In this document: positions 17,468 through 26,770 of the stretch, piece by piece | Position numbering within the stretch: the first letter of the stretch is position 1 | Layout: each line of letters begins with the position of its first letter | Origin: a virus | Lineage: Duplodnaviria; Caudoviricetes | Length of the DNA stretch: 54,615 nucleotides | Direction: 5' to 3' (one strand) | Virus record (IMG/VR): IMGVR_UViG_3300033067_000445 | Span: 1-54,615 of that record | Notes under the pieces: generated by a model | What the model saw: only the letters and a program-made list of their open reading frames with translations | Database searches by the model: none | Told to the model about the DNA's origin: nothing | Translations under genes and position numbers: made by a program

Positions 17468-17973
17468 GCAATCGAGTCTTCATTATCTCTGACACGCATT
17501 TCGGCCACAAGAAGATCTGCGAGTTTGAACCCGTGGCGCGTCCGTTCGCTAGTGTGCAAGAACACGATGGCGAACTGGTGCGGCGCTGGAATAGTGTTGT
17601 TCGCAAGAATGACACGGTCTGGCACTTGGGCGACGTTCTGTTCGGTGAAGAATCGTTTGACACGATTGCACGCCTTAACGGTGTCAAGAAGCTGGTAATG
17701 GGCAACCATGACAGCTACCCGATTGAACGATACGCCCAGCACTTCAGCCGGATATGCGGGTCCGCGAAAGTGCGTAACTGCATACTGACGCACATACCAA
17801 TCCACCCGAACCAGTTCTATCGGTTCAAGGCCAACATTCACGGGCACCTCCATTCGAACAGACTGGATGACCCGCGATACATCAATGTGAGCGCGGAACA
17901 GGTCAACTTGACACCCGCCTTGCTGGACACTGTTCTATTGAAACTCAAGGAGACGCAAGATGCACCAGTCTAA
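17464..17973 (+). CDS. Calcineurin-like metallophosphoesterase
   Basis: SDTHFGH, LGD, GNHD, HGHLH. Confidence 0.9.
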   Translation: MSNRVFIISDTHFGHKKICEFEPVARPFASVQEHDGELVRRWNSVVRKNDTVWHLGDVLFGEESFDTIARLNGVKKLVMGNHDSYPIERYAQHFSRICGSAKVRNCILTHIPIHPNQFYRFKANIHGHLHSNRLDDPRYINVSAEQVNLTPALLDTVLLKLKETQDAPV

Positions 17974-18310
17974 ACTCGGATCATTCCTGGAAGCTGTGGT
18001 CAACACGGCCATAGGCCTAGTCATTGCAATGGGTGCCACTGCGATCATTGCGTATTGCTACGATATTCCTATCACGACACGGAATAACTTTATTCTGACC
18101 GCATGGATGACGGTGATTAGCGTCTTGCGTTCATACCTGCTCCGTAGACTGTTCAATCGCTGGCATAAAGTCCGGGAACGTCTGTCAGTGTGGTGGATAC
18201 TACACAGGCCTGGCATCATCTCTGCAATAGACCGAATATGCGACGCCCATGCTAAGTACGGCAGAGGACGCCCCCGGGCGGTTTTGACTATAGAGCTCAG
18301 CTTGCAATAG
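17960..18310 (+). CDS. Small membrane protein
   Basis: QSKLGSFLEAVVNTAIG..., two hydrophobic helices, RSYLLRRLFN. Confidence 0.7.
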   Translation: MHQSKLGSFLEAVVNTAIGLVIAMGATAIIAYCYDIPITTRNNFILTAWMTVISVLRSYLLRRLFNRWHKVRERLSVWWILHRPGIISAIDRICDAHAKYGRGRPRAVLTIELSLQ

Positions 18311-18377
18311 GGTGGCGTCTTGTTGTAGATGACCAGTTTGATCTCATATCATAGGTGTTTCACAAAGGAGTCTCCGC

Positions 18378-20276
18378 ATGGATCTTTATCAACAATACAT
18401 TCACATTTCACGTTACTCACGATGGAGGGATGACTTAGGGCGACGCGAGACATGGGGAGAGACTGTTCAGCGTTACGTTGATTTCTTTGACGCCCGAACA
18501 GACAAACAATTCACTGACGTGTTTCAAGGCATGGTGAAGCAGTACATCACTGATTTGAAGGTCATGCCTTCCATGCGTGCGCTCATGACTGCGGGCGAAG
18601 CATTAGACCGTGAAAACCTCGCGGGCTTCAACTGTTCGTATCTTGCAGTCAATACGAAGCGTTCATTCGCAGAGGCTCTCTATATCCTCATGTGCGGCAC
18701 TGGTGTTGGCTTCTCCTGCGAGCGGCAAGAGGTCACGAAGCTGCCACAGGTGCCCAACGAACTCACCAAGACCGAAGACGTCATTATGGTCGCGGACAGT
18801 AAGGAAGGATGGGCCAAGGCATACCATGCACTAATGAGCCATCTGTGGAACGGTGACATTCCGAAGGTTGATTACAGCAAGGTCCGACCCGCTGGTGCCC
18901 GTCTCAAGGTGTTCGGTGGCCGTGCGTCCGGTCCTGCACCGCTGAAGCGTCTGTTTGACTTCACTGTGGATACCTTCAAGAAAGCTCGCGGACGAAAGCT
19001 GAACAGTATTGAGGTCCATGACCTGCTTTGCATGATTGGTGAAATCGTGGTCGTGGGTGGCGTGCGTCGCAGTGCGTTGATCAGTCTATCCAACCTGTCC
19101 GACCAACGAATGCGCGATGCAAAGTCCGGTCAATGGTGGAACGAGAATCCTCAGCGTGCGCTGTCTAACAACTCGGTCGCATATACGGAGAAACCGAGTG
19201 CTGAGATATTCATGGAAGAGTGGCTGTCTCTTGTGAAGTCCAAGTCTGGTGAGCGTGGCATCTTTAACCGTGTCGCAGCCGCGAATCAGGCGTCAAAATG
19301 GGGTCGACGTTCTAAGGACGTGTCCTACGGGTGCAACCCTTGTTCCGAGATCATTTTGAAGGACAAGCAACTCTGCAACCTGTCCGAAGTCGTCGTTCGT
19401 GAAGACGACACGCTGGAGACATTGCTGGAGAAGGTGGAAGTCGCAACCATTTTGGGCACGCTGCAATCCACGCTGACTGACTTCAAGTTCGTGTCAGAAG
19501 CATGGGCCCGCAATACAGCCGACGAAGCATTGCTGGGCGTTAGCCTGACAGGCATCATGGACAACAAACTGACGTCAGGTGCGTTAGGGAACGAAGCTCT
19601 TACGCACGCCCTCAACACGATGCGTGAATATGCACGAGCGGTCAATAGCGTATGGGCCAAGCGCCTAGGCGTCAAAGAATCCGCTGCCATCACATGCGTC
19701 AAACCTAGTGGCACAGTCAGCCAACTGTGCAACACGGCAAGCGGTATTCATGCACGCCATAATCGGAACTACATCCGCACCGTCCGCGTTGACAAGAAAG
19801 ACCCGCTCTATCACTTCATGGTCGGAAAAGGCTTTGTCGTTGAAGACGATGTGATGCGTCCGGAGAGCACAGCGGTCGTGAGCTTTGCAATGACTGCACC
19901 CGATAGCGCAGTGACCCGTGAGCAGGTGAGCGCACAGAAGGCGCTTGAGCTGTGGTTACTGTATCAGCGGGAATGGTGCGAGCATAAGCCTTCCGTGACG
20001 GTCACTGTTCGGGATGAAGAATGGTTGTCCGTTGGCGCATGGGTCTATGATCATTTTGACGAGGTGTCCGGGATCAGTTTCCTGCCACACACTGACCACA
20101 CTTATCAACAGGCGCCTTATCAAGACTTGACTGCTGAAGAGTTTGCGCAGTGGGTCAAGGATCACCCTGTACCCGCTATTGACTGGCGTGAGCTTTCCGA
20201 GTTTGAAAAGACGGACAATACCATCGCAATGCAGACCCTGGCGTGCGTAGGAAACGTCTGCGACTTGGCCAACTAG
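18378..20276 (+). CDS. nrdJ: Class II (B12-dependent) ribonucleotide reductase
   Basis: PSMRAL, FNCSY, GTGVGFS, GGVRRSA, NPCSE, CNLSE, KPSGTVS, C-terminal CxxxxC; no beta subunit gene. Confidence 0.92.
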   Translation: MDLYQQYIHISRYSRWRDDLGRRETWGETVQRYVDFFDARTDKQFTDVFQGMVKQYITDLKVMPSMRALMTAGEALDRENLAGFNCSYLAVNTKRSFAEALYILMCGTGVGFSCERQEVTKLPQVPNELTKTEDVIMVADSKEGWAKAYHALMSHLWNGDIPKVDYSKVRPAGARLKVFGGRASGPAPLKRLFDFTVDTFKKARGRKLNSIEVHDLLCMIGEIVVVGGVRRSALISLSNLSDQRMRDAKSGQWWNENPQRALSNNSVAYTEKPSAEIFMEEWLSLVKSKSGERGIFNRVAAANQASKWGRRSKDVSYGCNPCSEIILKDKQLCNLSEVVVREDDTLETLLEKVEVATILGTLQSTLTDFKFVSEAWARNTADEALLGVSLTGIMDNKLTSGALGNEALTHALNTMREYARAVNSVWAKRLGVKESAAITCVKPSGTVSQLCNTASGIHARHNRNYIRTVRVDKKDPLYHFMVGKGFVVEDDVMRPESTAVVSFAMTAPDSAVTREQVSAQKALELWLLYQREWCEHKPSVTVTVRDEEWLSVGAWVYDHFDEVSGISFLPHTDHTYQQAPYQDLTAEEFAQWVKDHPVPAIDWRELSEFEKTDNTIAMQTLACVGNVCDLAN

Positions 20277-20280
20277 GATA

Positions 20281-20311
20281 TGAGCCGGTTATCAAGCGAA
20301 TAACCGGCTCA
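20281..20311 (+). terminator. Hairpin after nrdJ
   Basis: TGAGCCGGTTAT...ATAACCGGCTCA, 12-bp stem. Confidence 0.55.
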
Positions 20312-20371
20312 AGTTCCTGGGCGCAGGAATACGCGGTAGCATTGTTTTCTTACTGTATCTGGAGAATGAGC

Positions 20372-20518
20372 ATGGCTCAAAAGAATCGTAGTGTGGGCAG
20401 TGTTGTCAGCGGTATTACCGCTCTGATTGTTTTCTATACCATCTTTCTGGTGGGCATGGGATGGGTGGCAGGAGCGTCATGGCGCCTGCTGAAGATTGGT
20501 TTTGATTTTTGGAATTAA
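20372..20518 (+). CDS. Small membrane protein
   Basis: GGAG RBS, hydrophobic segment. Confidence 0.55.
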   Translation: MAQKNRSVGSVVSGITALIVFYTIFLVGMGWVAGASWRLLKIGFDFWN

Positions 20519-20520
20519 CT

Positions 20521-20649
20521 ATGTGCAATCATAATTGCAATCAGGGGCGGAGCTGTGACTGCGGGCCTCGGCAGGTGACTATACCGATCGGATTCATTGT
20601 CGTGATGGCGGTGTGTTTTTGCGTCTTGGTTTTGAGGAGCTGCTCATGA
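20521..20649 (+). CDS. Small Cys-rich membrane protein
   Basis: Read by hand: MCNHNCNQGRSCDCGPRQVTIPIGFIVVMAVCFCVLVLRSCS. Confidence 0.55.
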   Translation: MCNHNCNQGRSCDCGPRQVTIPIGFIVVMAVCFCVLVLRSCS

Positions 20650-20906
20650 AGATATTCAAGTACCCATTAACTCTCGACCAATGGTCTAAAGTAGCGATCC
20701 CAATGGGCGGGGAAGTGCTTTCATGCCAGGAGCAAAATGGGGCGCCTTACCTGTGGGTACTGGTGAACGAATCTGCTCCTGTGCAGGTCCGCAAGTTCCA
20801 CATCTACGGCACTGGTCACAACATTGATAACGATATTCCGATGGTGTTCATTTCCACGGTACAGGTCGGACCGTTCGTGTGGCATGTATTCGAGGAGACG
20901 CTATGA
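20646..20906 (+). CDS. Conserved phage hypothetical protein
   Basis: MKIFKYPL...IYGTGH...FVWHVFE. Confidence 0.7.
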   Translation: MKIFKYPLTLDQWSKVAIPMGGEVLSCQEQNGAPYLWVLVNESAPVQVRKFHIYGTGHNIDNDIPMVFISTVQVGPFVWHVFEETL

Positions 20907-21361
20907 CTATCAACGTCGTCACAAAAGGCAAAGAAGGCGAGCGCGAAGTCGTGCGAATGCTCAACGCAGAACTGGAGCGTCTAATTGCGTCCGAAGGGTA
21001 CGGTGAAGAAATTATCAACGTCCTTCGCGGTGTTGCACAGCGCAACCAGAACCAGTCGGCAGTCGGTGGAGGAGACATCAATCTATTCAACCTGAGCATT
21101 GAAGTCAAGCGCCAGGAGACCTCGTCTGTGGAGCAATGGTGGCGCCAGGCTTGCACCAGTGCCCAGCGGAACGCTGACAAGCCCGTGCTGATCTACCGCC
21201 AGAACCGTAAGGCGTGGCATGTGGTCATGGACGGTTATGTGCCCCTGCCCTCAGGTGCCCAGCTAGGCGCACGGGTCGAGATCCACATCGAGGAGTTCCG
21301 AAGCTGGTTCCGTGCATGGGTGCAGGACAAGATTCGTTCCGGTGAACTGTCAAGAGTTTGA
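20903..21361 (+). CDS. Holliday junction resolvase (PD-(D/E)XK)
   Basis: KGKEGEREV, GGGDI, IEVKRQE, WWRQ, PVLIYRQNRKAW. Confidence 0.82.
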   Translation: MTINVVTKGKEGEREVVRMLNAELERLIASEGYGEEIINVLRGVAQRNQNQSAVGGGDINLFNLSIEVKRQETSSVEQWWRQACTSAQRNADKPVLIYRQNRKAWHVVMDGYVPLPSGAQLGARVEIHIEEFRSWFRAWVQDKIRSGELSRV

Positions 21362-21366
21362 TGGAC

Positions 21367-21395
21367 TTGCATGGTTCGTTCTAGTGTCCCATACT
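21367..21395 (+). promoter_or_regulatory. sigma70-like promoter of the SGNH lipoprotein gene
   Basis: TTGCAT-17 nt-CATACT. Confidence 0.6.
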
Positions 21396-21424
21396 TCATC
21401 ACCTTTTAACCACTGGAGCGAACC

Positions 21425-22144
21425 ATGAAACATCTTATCACCCTTGCCTTTGCGCTGATCCTTACTGCCTGCGGAGGTGGCGGCGGTGATGCGCCTTCAC
21501 CTGCCCCTACCTGCACTCCTGTTCAGCAGGTCCGAATCCAACTCTTTGGTGATTCAACTCAAGCGGGTTACGACGGTTCCAATAATCAAATTGGCCCGAA
21601 TAATCCAACATCCGCACTCCAGGCGGAACTCGACCTGCGATATGGAAGGGGCGTCACCTTCGTCATTAGCAGTGCAATGGGCGGAACGACCTCTCAAGAG
21701 CTACTCGCAGGGACAGATGGAAAGAATCCACCATGGCCCAAATCTGTGACGTCCAATATCGTCGTGATTAACCATGGAATAAATGATGCGACCCATTATG
21801 GCGGAGCACGTTTTTCTGAATATGGGAAGACCTTGGAAACCCTTGTGAACCTGCTTCCACCTGACGTGACTTTGATTTTTGAAACACCTAACATCGTCAA
21901 GGGATGGGATCTTGTGCCCTATGCCCAGGAGCTGCGAAACGTCGCAGCCAGGCACGGGTTACGCATTGCTGACACATACGCCTACACGTCAAGCCTTCCT
22001 GACTGGAATACCCTTATTCCGGATTGGGCGCACCCATCGGACGCACTCTACGCAATGATTGTGAAGAATAGCCTTGCTCCTGTGGTAATTGCTGAAACTG
22101 ATAAACTCCTTTGTAAGCGCCCTAGGCCCAAACTATCAAACTAG
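21425..22144 (+). CDS. SGNH/GDSL hydrolase lipoprotein
   Basis: Lipobox LTAC; blocks GDS, G, GIND, DWAHP. Confidence 0.85.
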   Translation: MKHLITLAFALILTACGGGGGDAPSPAPTCTPVQQVRIQLFGDSTQAGYDGSNNQIGPNNPTSALQAELDLRYGRGVTFVISSAMGGTTSQELLAGTDGKNPPWPKSVTSNIVVINHGINDATHYGGARFSEYGKTLETLVNLLPPDVTLIFETPNIVKGWDLVPYAQELRNVAARHGLRIADTYAYTSSLPDWNTLIPDWAHPSDALYAMIVKNSLAPVVIAETDKLLCKRPRPKLSN

Positions 22145-22153
22145 AAAGGGAAC

Positions 22154-22183
22154 TTGCTAGACTGACGCCTGCTACCCTATACT
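22154..22183 (+). promoter_or_regulatory. Putative promoter upstream of terminase
   Basis: TTGCTA-18 nt-TATACT. Confidence 0.45.
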
Positions 22184-22233
22184 CCGAATCATTCGTCGGA
22201 GCTTTCCGGCCGTTTTAGGATATAGGTGAAAAG

Positions 22234-22722
22234 GTGTCAGTTGATAAAGCTCAATTAGATTCGTGGACCTTACAGGCCATGAGTCCAGAACTCTCGGAGC
22301 AGGAACGCACGTTCCGCGACGAGTTTGTTCGTGAGTTCCTGATTGACTATAACCCGTTTGAAGCTGCACTCCGCCTGGGCTTCAGCAAGGAATATGCGAC
22401 CGAGTACGCTGCCAAGTTCATGAATGAGCCTTATGTGCAGAAGCGCATCAAGGAAATGGAGCTCGACGGCGGTATCGAAGACGATGCTGACCGAAACAAG
22501 AAGAAGGTCATGGCAGCATTGTTCCGCGAGGCCAATTACAAGGGCCCTGGAAGCTCTCACTCTGCACGGGTGTCCGCATTGTCCAAGCTGTCCACCATCT
22601 TTGGCATGGAAGCGCCTGTCAAAACCAAGACTGAACTCACGGTCACCTCACCTGTCACCTTCTACATCCCGAGCAATGGACGCGAGGACGTCGTGCCTAC
22701 GCCTGCAACGGGTGCAGCATGA
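22234..22722 (+). CDS. terS: Terminase small subunit
   Basis: FVREFLIDYNPFEAALRLGFS HTH-type motif; directly upstream of terL. Confidence 0.82.
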   Translation: MSVDKAQLDSWTLQAMSPELSEQERTFRDEFVREFLIDYNPFEAALRLGFSKEYATEYAAKFMNEPYVQKRIKEMELDGGIEDDADRNKKKVMAALFREANYKGPGSSHSARVSALSKLSTIFGMEAPVKTKTELTVTSPVTFYIPSNGREDVVPTPATGAA

Positions 22723-24188
22723 GCGATGGTTCGAAGGCTATAAGGCCGCAGCCTGGGCCGCAAGAAGATTTCCTTAGTACCCCTGCAGACATAGCAATTT
22801 ACGGCGGCGCTGCCGGCGCTGGTAAGACGTGGGCCGTGTTGCTGGAGCCCCTGCGGCACGTCTGTCACAATAAAGAGTTCGCAGCGGTGTTTTTCCGCCG
22901 CACTACCGTCCAAGTGAAGAACGTGGGCGGTCTGTGGGACGAGTCAATGAAGCTGTACCCGCTTACAGGTGCGCAACCTACAGCGCACGTCCTGGAATGG
23001 AACTGGCCCGAAGGTGGCAAGGTCAAATTCGCGCACCTTGAGCACGAGTCCACGAAGCTGGAATGGCAGGGGTCGCAGATCTCGCTTATCGTATTTGACG
23101 AACTGACTCACTTTTCGATGAGTCAGTTCTTCTACTTGATATCACGGAACCGTTCTATGAGCGGTGTCAAGCCTTATATCCGTGCAACCACAAACCCTGA
23201 CGCTGACTCATGGGTGGCGGAATTCCTTGCATGGTGGATCGACCAGAAGACAGGGTTCCCAATCCCTGAACGTGCCGGGAAGGTAAGATGGTTCATCCGC
23301 ATTAACGACATTATGCTCTGGGCTGATTCACGCCAAGAGCTGGTGGACAAATATGGTGACCCGACGCTTCCTCTTGAGCACGAGAAGCAGGTGCAGCCTA
23401 AGAGCGTCACGTTCATACCGGGCAAGCTGAGCGATAACCCAGCCTTGATGAAAGCGGATCCAGGCTACCTCGCCAATTTGAAGTCGCTTCCTGTAGTGGA
23501 ACAAGCTCGCCTCTTGGGCGGTAACTGGAAGATCCGTCCCGCGGCTGGTCTGTACTTCAAGCGGTCTTGGATTGAAGTAGTTGACGCGGTTCCAGCGAAC
23601 CTTGATATCGTGCGATATTGGGATTTGGCTGCTACCGAGAAGACCGATAATAACGACCCTGACTGGACAGTTGGCGTCAAGTTGGGCCGGGACCGGAAGT
23701 CAGGGTTATACTACTGGCTAGATACTGTCAGGGTTCGTGTGAGCCCGCTGAAGGTGGAGCAGACAATCGAGAACACGGCGTCGATGGACGGTGTGGTCAT
23801 TCGAATCGGTCTGCCACAGGATCCAGGCCAAGCAGGTAAGTCGCAAGCCCAGACGTTCGTTCGGAATCTGGCAGGCTACACTGTAAGGGCTAGACCTGAA
23901 CGAGGCGACAAGATTGTTCGCTTCGGACCATTCAGCGCACAGTGCCAGGCAGGGAATGTGAAGGTGTTGCGAGGTGCATGGAATGAAGAGGCGTTTACCG
24001 CCCTGGAAGCATTCCCATCCGCTGCACACGATGACGACGTTGACGCATGTAGCGGAGCCTTCGCAATGCTCAACGACGGGAATACAGGTCTGCTTGATTT
24101 CTACAGAGAGCAAGCGGAAGAGGTGCAGAAGGAACAGACCGCTCCTAAGAGTGCTGGACCATCTGCGTTCTATAGTGCTTTCAGCTAA
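22719..24188 (+). CDS. terL: Terminase large subunit
   Basis: GGAAGAGKT, FDELTHF, ATTNP, WDLA, HDDDVDA. Confidence 0.95.
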   Translation: MSDGSKAIRPQPGPQEDFLSTPADIAIYGGAAGAGKTWAVLLEPLRHVCHNKEFAAVFFRRTTVQVKNVGGLWDESMKLYPLTGAQPTAHVLEWNWPEGGKVKFAHLEHESTKLEWQGSQISLIVFDELTHFSMSQFFYLISRNRSMSGVKPYIRATTNPDADSWVAEFLAWWIDQKTGFPIPERAGKVRWFIRINDIMLWADSRQELVDKYGDPTLPLEHEKQVQPKSVTFIPGKLSDNPALMKADPGYLANLKSLPVVEQARLLGGNWKIRPAAGLYFKRSWIEVVDAVPANLDIVRYWDLAATEKTDNNDPDWTVGVKLGRDRKSGLYYWLDTVRVRVSPLKVEQTIENTASMDGVVIRIGLPQDPGQAGKSQAQTFVRNLAGYTVRARPERGDKIVRFGPFSAQCQAGNVKVLRGAWNEEAFTALEAFPSAAHDDDVDACSGAFAMLNDGNTGLLDFYREQAEEVQKEQTAPKSAGPSAFYSAFS

Positions 24189-24199
24189 GGAGATTCAAC

Positions 24200-24472
24200 A
24201 TGACCACACGAGTTCACCCGCCCGCAGGCGGCGCAGTCACAACCCTTTTTGACGTTACCTATCGTGGCATTCCAGGCACGCCCTTGGATGTACCAGATAA
24301 CGTCGCTTGGATTCTGATGGCGAATGACTGGACAGCGGTAGGCACTGTGAACACCACTGCACTCCGCCCGACTGCACCTTACAAGGGGCAGACGTTCATG
24401 GACACGACCTTGGGCTACCTGATTCACTACGACGGCAAGACCTGGCGCAATCCTGCTGGCACCGCTGTCTAA
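24200..24472 (+). CDS. Hypothetical virion-associated protein
   Basis: 90 aa, AAGGAG RBS, RPTAPYKGQTFMDTTLG motif. Confidence 0.7.
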   Translation: MTTRVHPPAGGAVTTLFDVTYRGIPGTPLDVPDNVAWILMANDWTAVGTVNTTALRPTAPYKGQTFMDTTLGYLIHYDGKTWRNPAGTAV

Positions 24473-24490
24473 CTAACCTGAGGGCGGACC

Positions 24491-26770
24491 GTGGCTGACG
24501 CAGAAAAGAAACCAATCGATCAGGGCATCATTGCCCGGGTCACAGGGGCGCTGAAGGTGCTTACTGGACAGCGCCAAGCGGTCGACACTGCATGGTTCGG
24601 CCCGCTCACACCTCTTCAGCCTAACGTCCCGGCTGAGCAGCAAGAAAGCGTCCAAGGACGTGCGTTCGACTTTCCGGCAGGTTACAACACCCGCCTGACA
24701 CCACGAGCAGGTGAGAACGTCACGTTCCCTCAGATGCGTGCGTTGGCTGATAGTTGCGACATTTTGCGTTTAGTGATTGAAACCCGTAAGGACCAGATCG
24801 CCAAGATGAAGTTCAGCATCAGTCCGATCAATGACGACATTGACCACGACGACCGCTGCAAAGAGATCGAGGCGTTCCTACGCTTGCCTGACGGTGAGAA
24901 TACTTGGAACGACTGGCTCCGCATGGTGATGGAGGAAATGCTGGTGACAGATGCGCTGGCAATTTACCCGTGGCTGAACAATGACGGCAGTCCGTATCGC
25001 TTTGACCTCCTTGACGGTGCAACTATTAAGCGAGTGATTGACGAGCATGGGCGCACCCCTGCCCCGCCTTACCCTGCATATCAGCAAATCTTGAAGGGTG
25101 TTGTGGCGGTCGACTACACGGGTGACGAGCTGGTGTATGCACCGCGGAACAAGCGTATCCATAAGATCTACGGATACAGTCCTGTAGAACAAATCATTAT
25201 GACGGTGAATATCGCCCTGCGACGTTCGCTGCATCAACTTCAGTATTACACCGAAGGCAGTGTGCCTGATCTGTTGTTCCAAGTGCCCGCTGACTGGAAC
25301 ATGACGCAGATTAAGGAATTCAACGACTGGTGGCAGAACAGTCTTGCTGGCAATACTTCGGCACGCCGAAAAGTCCAGTTCGTTCCTAACGGCGTGACAC
25401 CCATCAACACGAAGGAAGGGATTCTGAAAGATCCTTACGACGAGTGGCTGGCACGGATTATCTGTTACGCATTCAACGTGAGTGCGCAACCCTTCATTAA
25501 AGAAAATAACCGTTCGACCGCGGAAACTGCTCAAGCGATGGCGCTTGAAGAGGGCCTCTATCCGATCATGCTGTGGGTCAAAGGCGTGATGGACATGCTT
25601 ATCTGGAAATACTTCGGTTATCGTGACCTGGAGTTCAAATGGGAAGATCAAGAGGCTACCGATCCAAAGGATCAGAACGAGATGGACGACAGGAACGTGA
25701 AGAACGGGACTTCGACTATCAACGAGATCCGCGCAAAGAGGGGCGATGCCCCTGTGGAGGGCGGAGACGTTGCAATGGTGCTCACTGCGAGTGGTTACGT
25801 CCCGATTATTCCGAAGGAACCGGAACCGACACCTCCCCAATTGTTGCCCCCGACTGACCCGAACGCTTCAAATCCCCCGCAAGGCCCCACGGGCGACGAT
25901 CCTACTGTGGACGCTAGTAAGGAAGGGCAAGCCCCGCAAAGCGGCGCAGACGACAAACAAGGGGTCTACAAGCGGTTCCGCAAGGCTGCAAAGAGCAAGA
26001 AGGTCAAACCGATCAACAAGAACACCCCTGCTCACAAGAAGATTGAGGCAGACCTCGCGAAAGGTGTGCACGACCTCCTGCAGAAGCAGATGAAGAAGCT
26101 GGTGGAAGCTGTGGTCAGCAAGGTTGCCAAGGACGACCGTGTAGACACCGATCCCATGGACAACATTGAGTGGCAAGGATGGGAAGAATTCCAAGACTTG
26201 TTTGGAGATCAGTTAGCTCTTGCAGGCAAGAAGGGTGTCATTGATGCATATGCTCAAATTGACATTGATAATCCTGACGCCCTGGAGCTTGCAAACGACG
26301 AGGCTATTGCATACGCAAAGGATCGCGCTGCTGAGCTGGTTGGCAAGAAGGTTGAGGAGAATGGGGATATTGTTGACAACCCTAATTCCGCATATAGTAT
26401 TGAGGACAGCACAAGAGAGATGATTCGATCTGATGTTGCTCAAGCGATGGAGCAGGGTCTTTCGAATGATGACCTTGCTGCGATGCTGGAAGAGAATTAT
26501 GCGTTCAGTGCAACACGAGCGGAAACGATAGCTCGAACAGAAACTGCTCAGGCAGACTGTCAAGGAAACTTGGCCCTGTATAACAAGTCGGGGCAGGTTG
26601 ATTCGAAGCAGTGGATCACTGGCGCTGGATGTTGTGAAGATTGTCAAGAAGTGGATGGGGAAGTGGTGGCACTTGACGGGATGTTTTCAATCGGAGTAGA
26701 TGCTCCGCCTGCTCACCCGAATTGCCGTTGCGACTTTGTTCCTGTACTTACAGAAGATGAGGCTGATTGA
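24491..26770 (+). CDS. Portal protein fused to a MuF/SPP1 gp7-like head morphogenesis domain
   Basis: Portal motifs (YGYSPVE, TINEIRAKRG), Pro-rich linker, RAETIARTE and HPNCRC. Confidence 0.88.
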   Translation: MADAEKKPIDQGIIARVTGALKVLTGQRQAVDTAWFGPLTPLQPNVPAEQQESVQGRAFDFPAGYNTRLTPRAGENVTFPQMRALADSCDILRLVIETRKDQIAKMKFSISPINDDIDHDDRCKEIEAFLRLPDGENTWNDWLRMVMEEMLVTDALAIYPWLNNDGSPYRFDLLDGATIKRVIDEHGRTPAPPYPAYQQILKGVVAVDYTGDELVYAPRNKRIHKIYGYSPVEQIIMTVNIALRRSLHQLQYYTEGSVPDLLFQVPADWNMTQIKEFNDWWQNSLAGNTSARRKVQFVPNGVTPINTKEGILKDPYDEWLARIICYAFNVSAQPFIKENNRSTAETAQAMALEEGLYPIMLWVKGVMDMLIWKYFGYRDLEFKWEDQEATDPKDQNEMDDRNVKNGTSTINEIRAKRGDAPVEGGDVAMVLTASGYVPIIPKEPEPTPPQLLPPTDPNASNPPQGPTGDDPTVDASKEGQAPQSGADDKQGVYKRFRKAAKSKKVKPINKNTPAHKKIEADLAKGVHDLLQKQMKKLVEAVVSKVAKDDRVDTDPMDNIEWQGWEEFQDLFGDQLALAGKKGVIDAYAQIDIDNPDALELANDEAIAYAKDRAAELVGKKVEENGDIVDNPNSAYSIEDSTREMIRSDVAQAMEQGLSNDDLAAMLEENYAFSATRAETIARTETAQADCQGNLALYNKSGQVDSKQWITGAGCCEDCQEVDGEVVALDGMFSIGVDAPPAHPNCRCDFVPVLTEDEAD

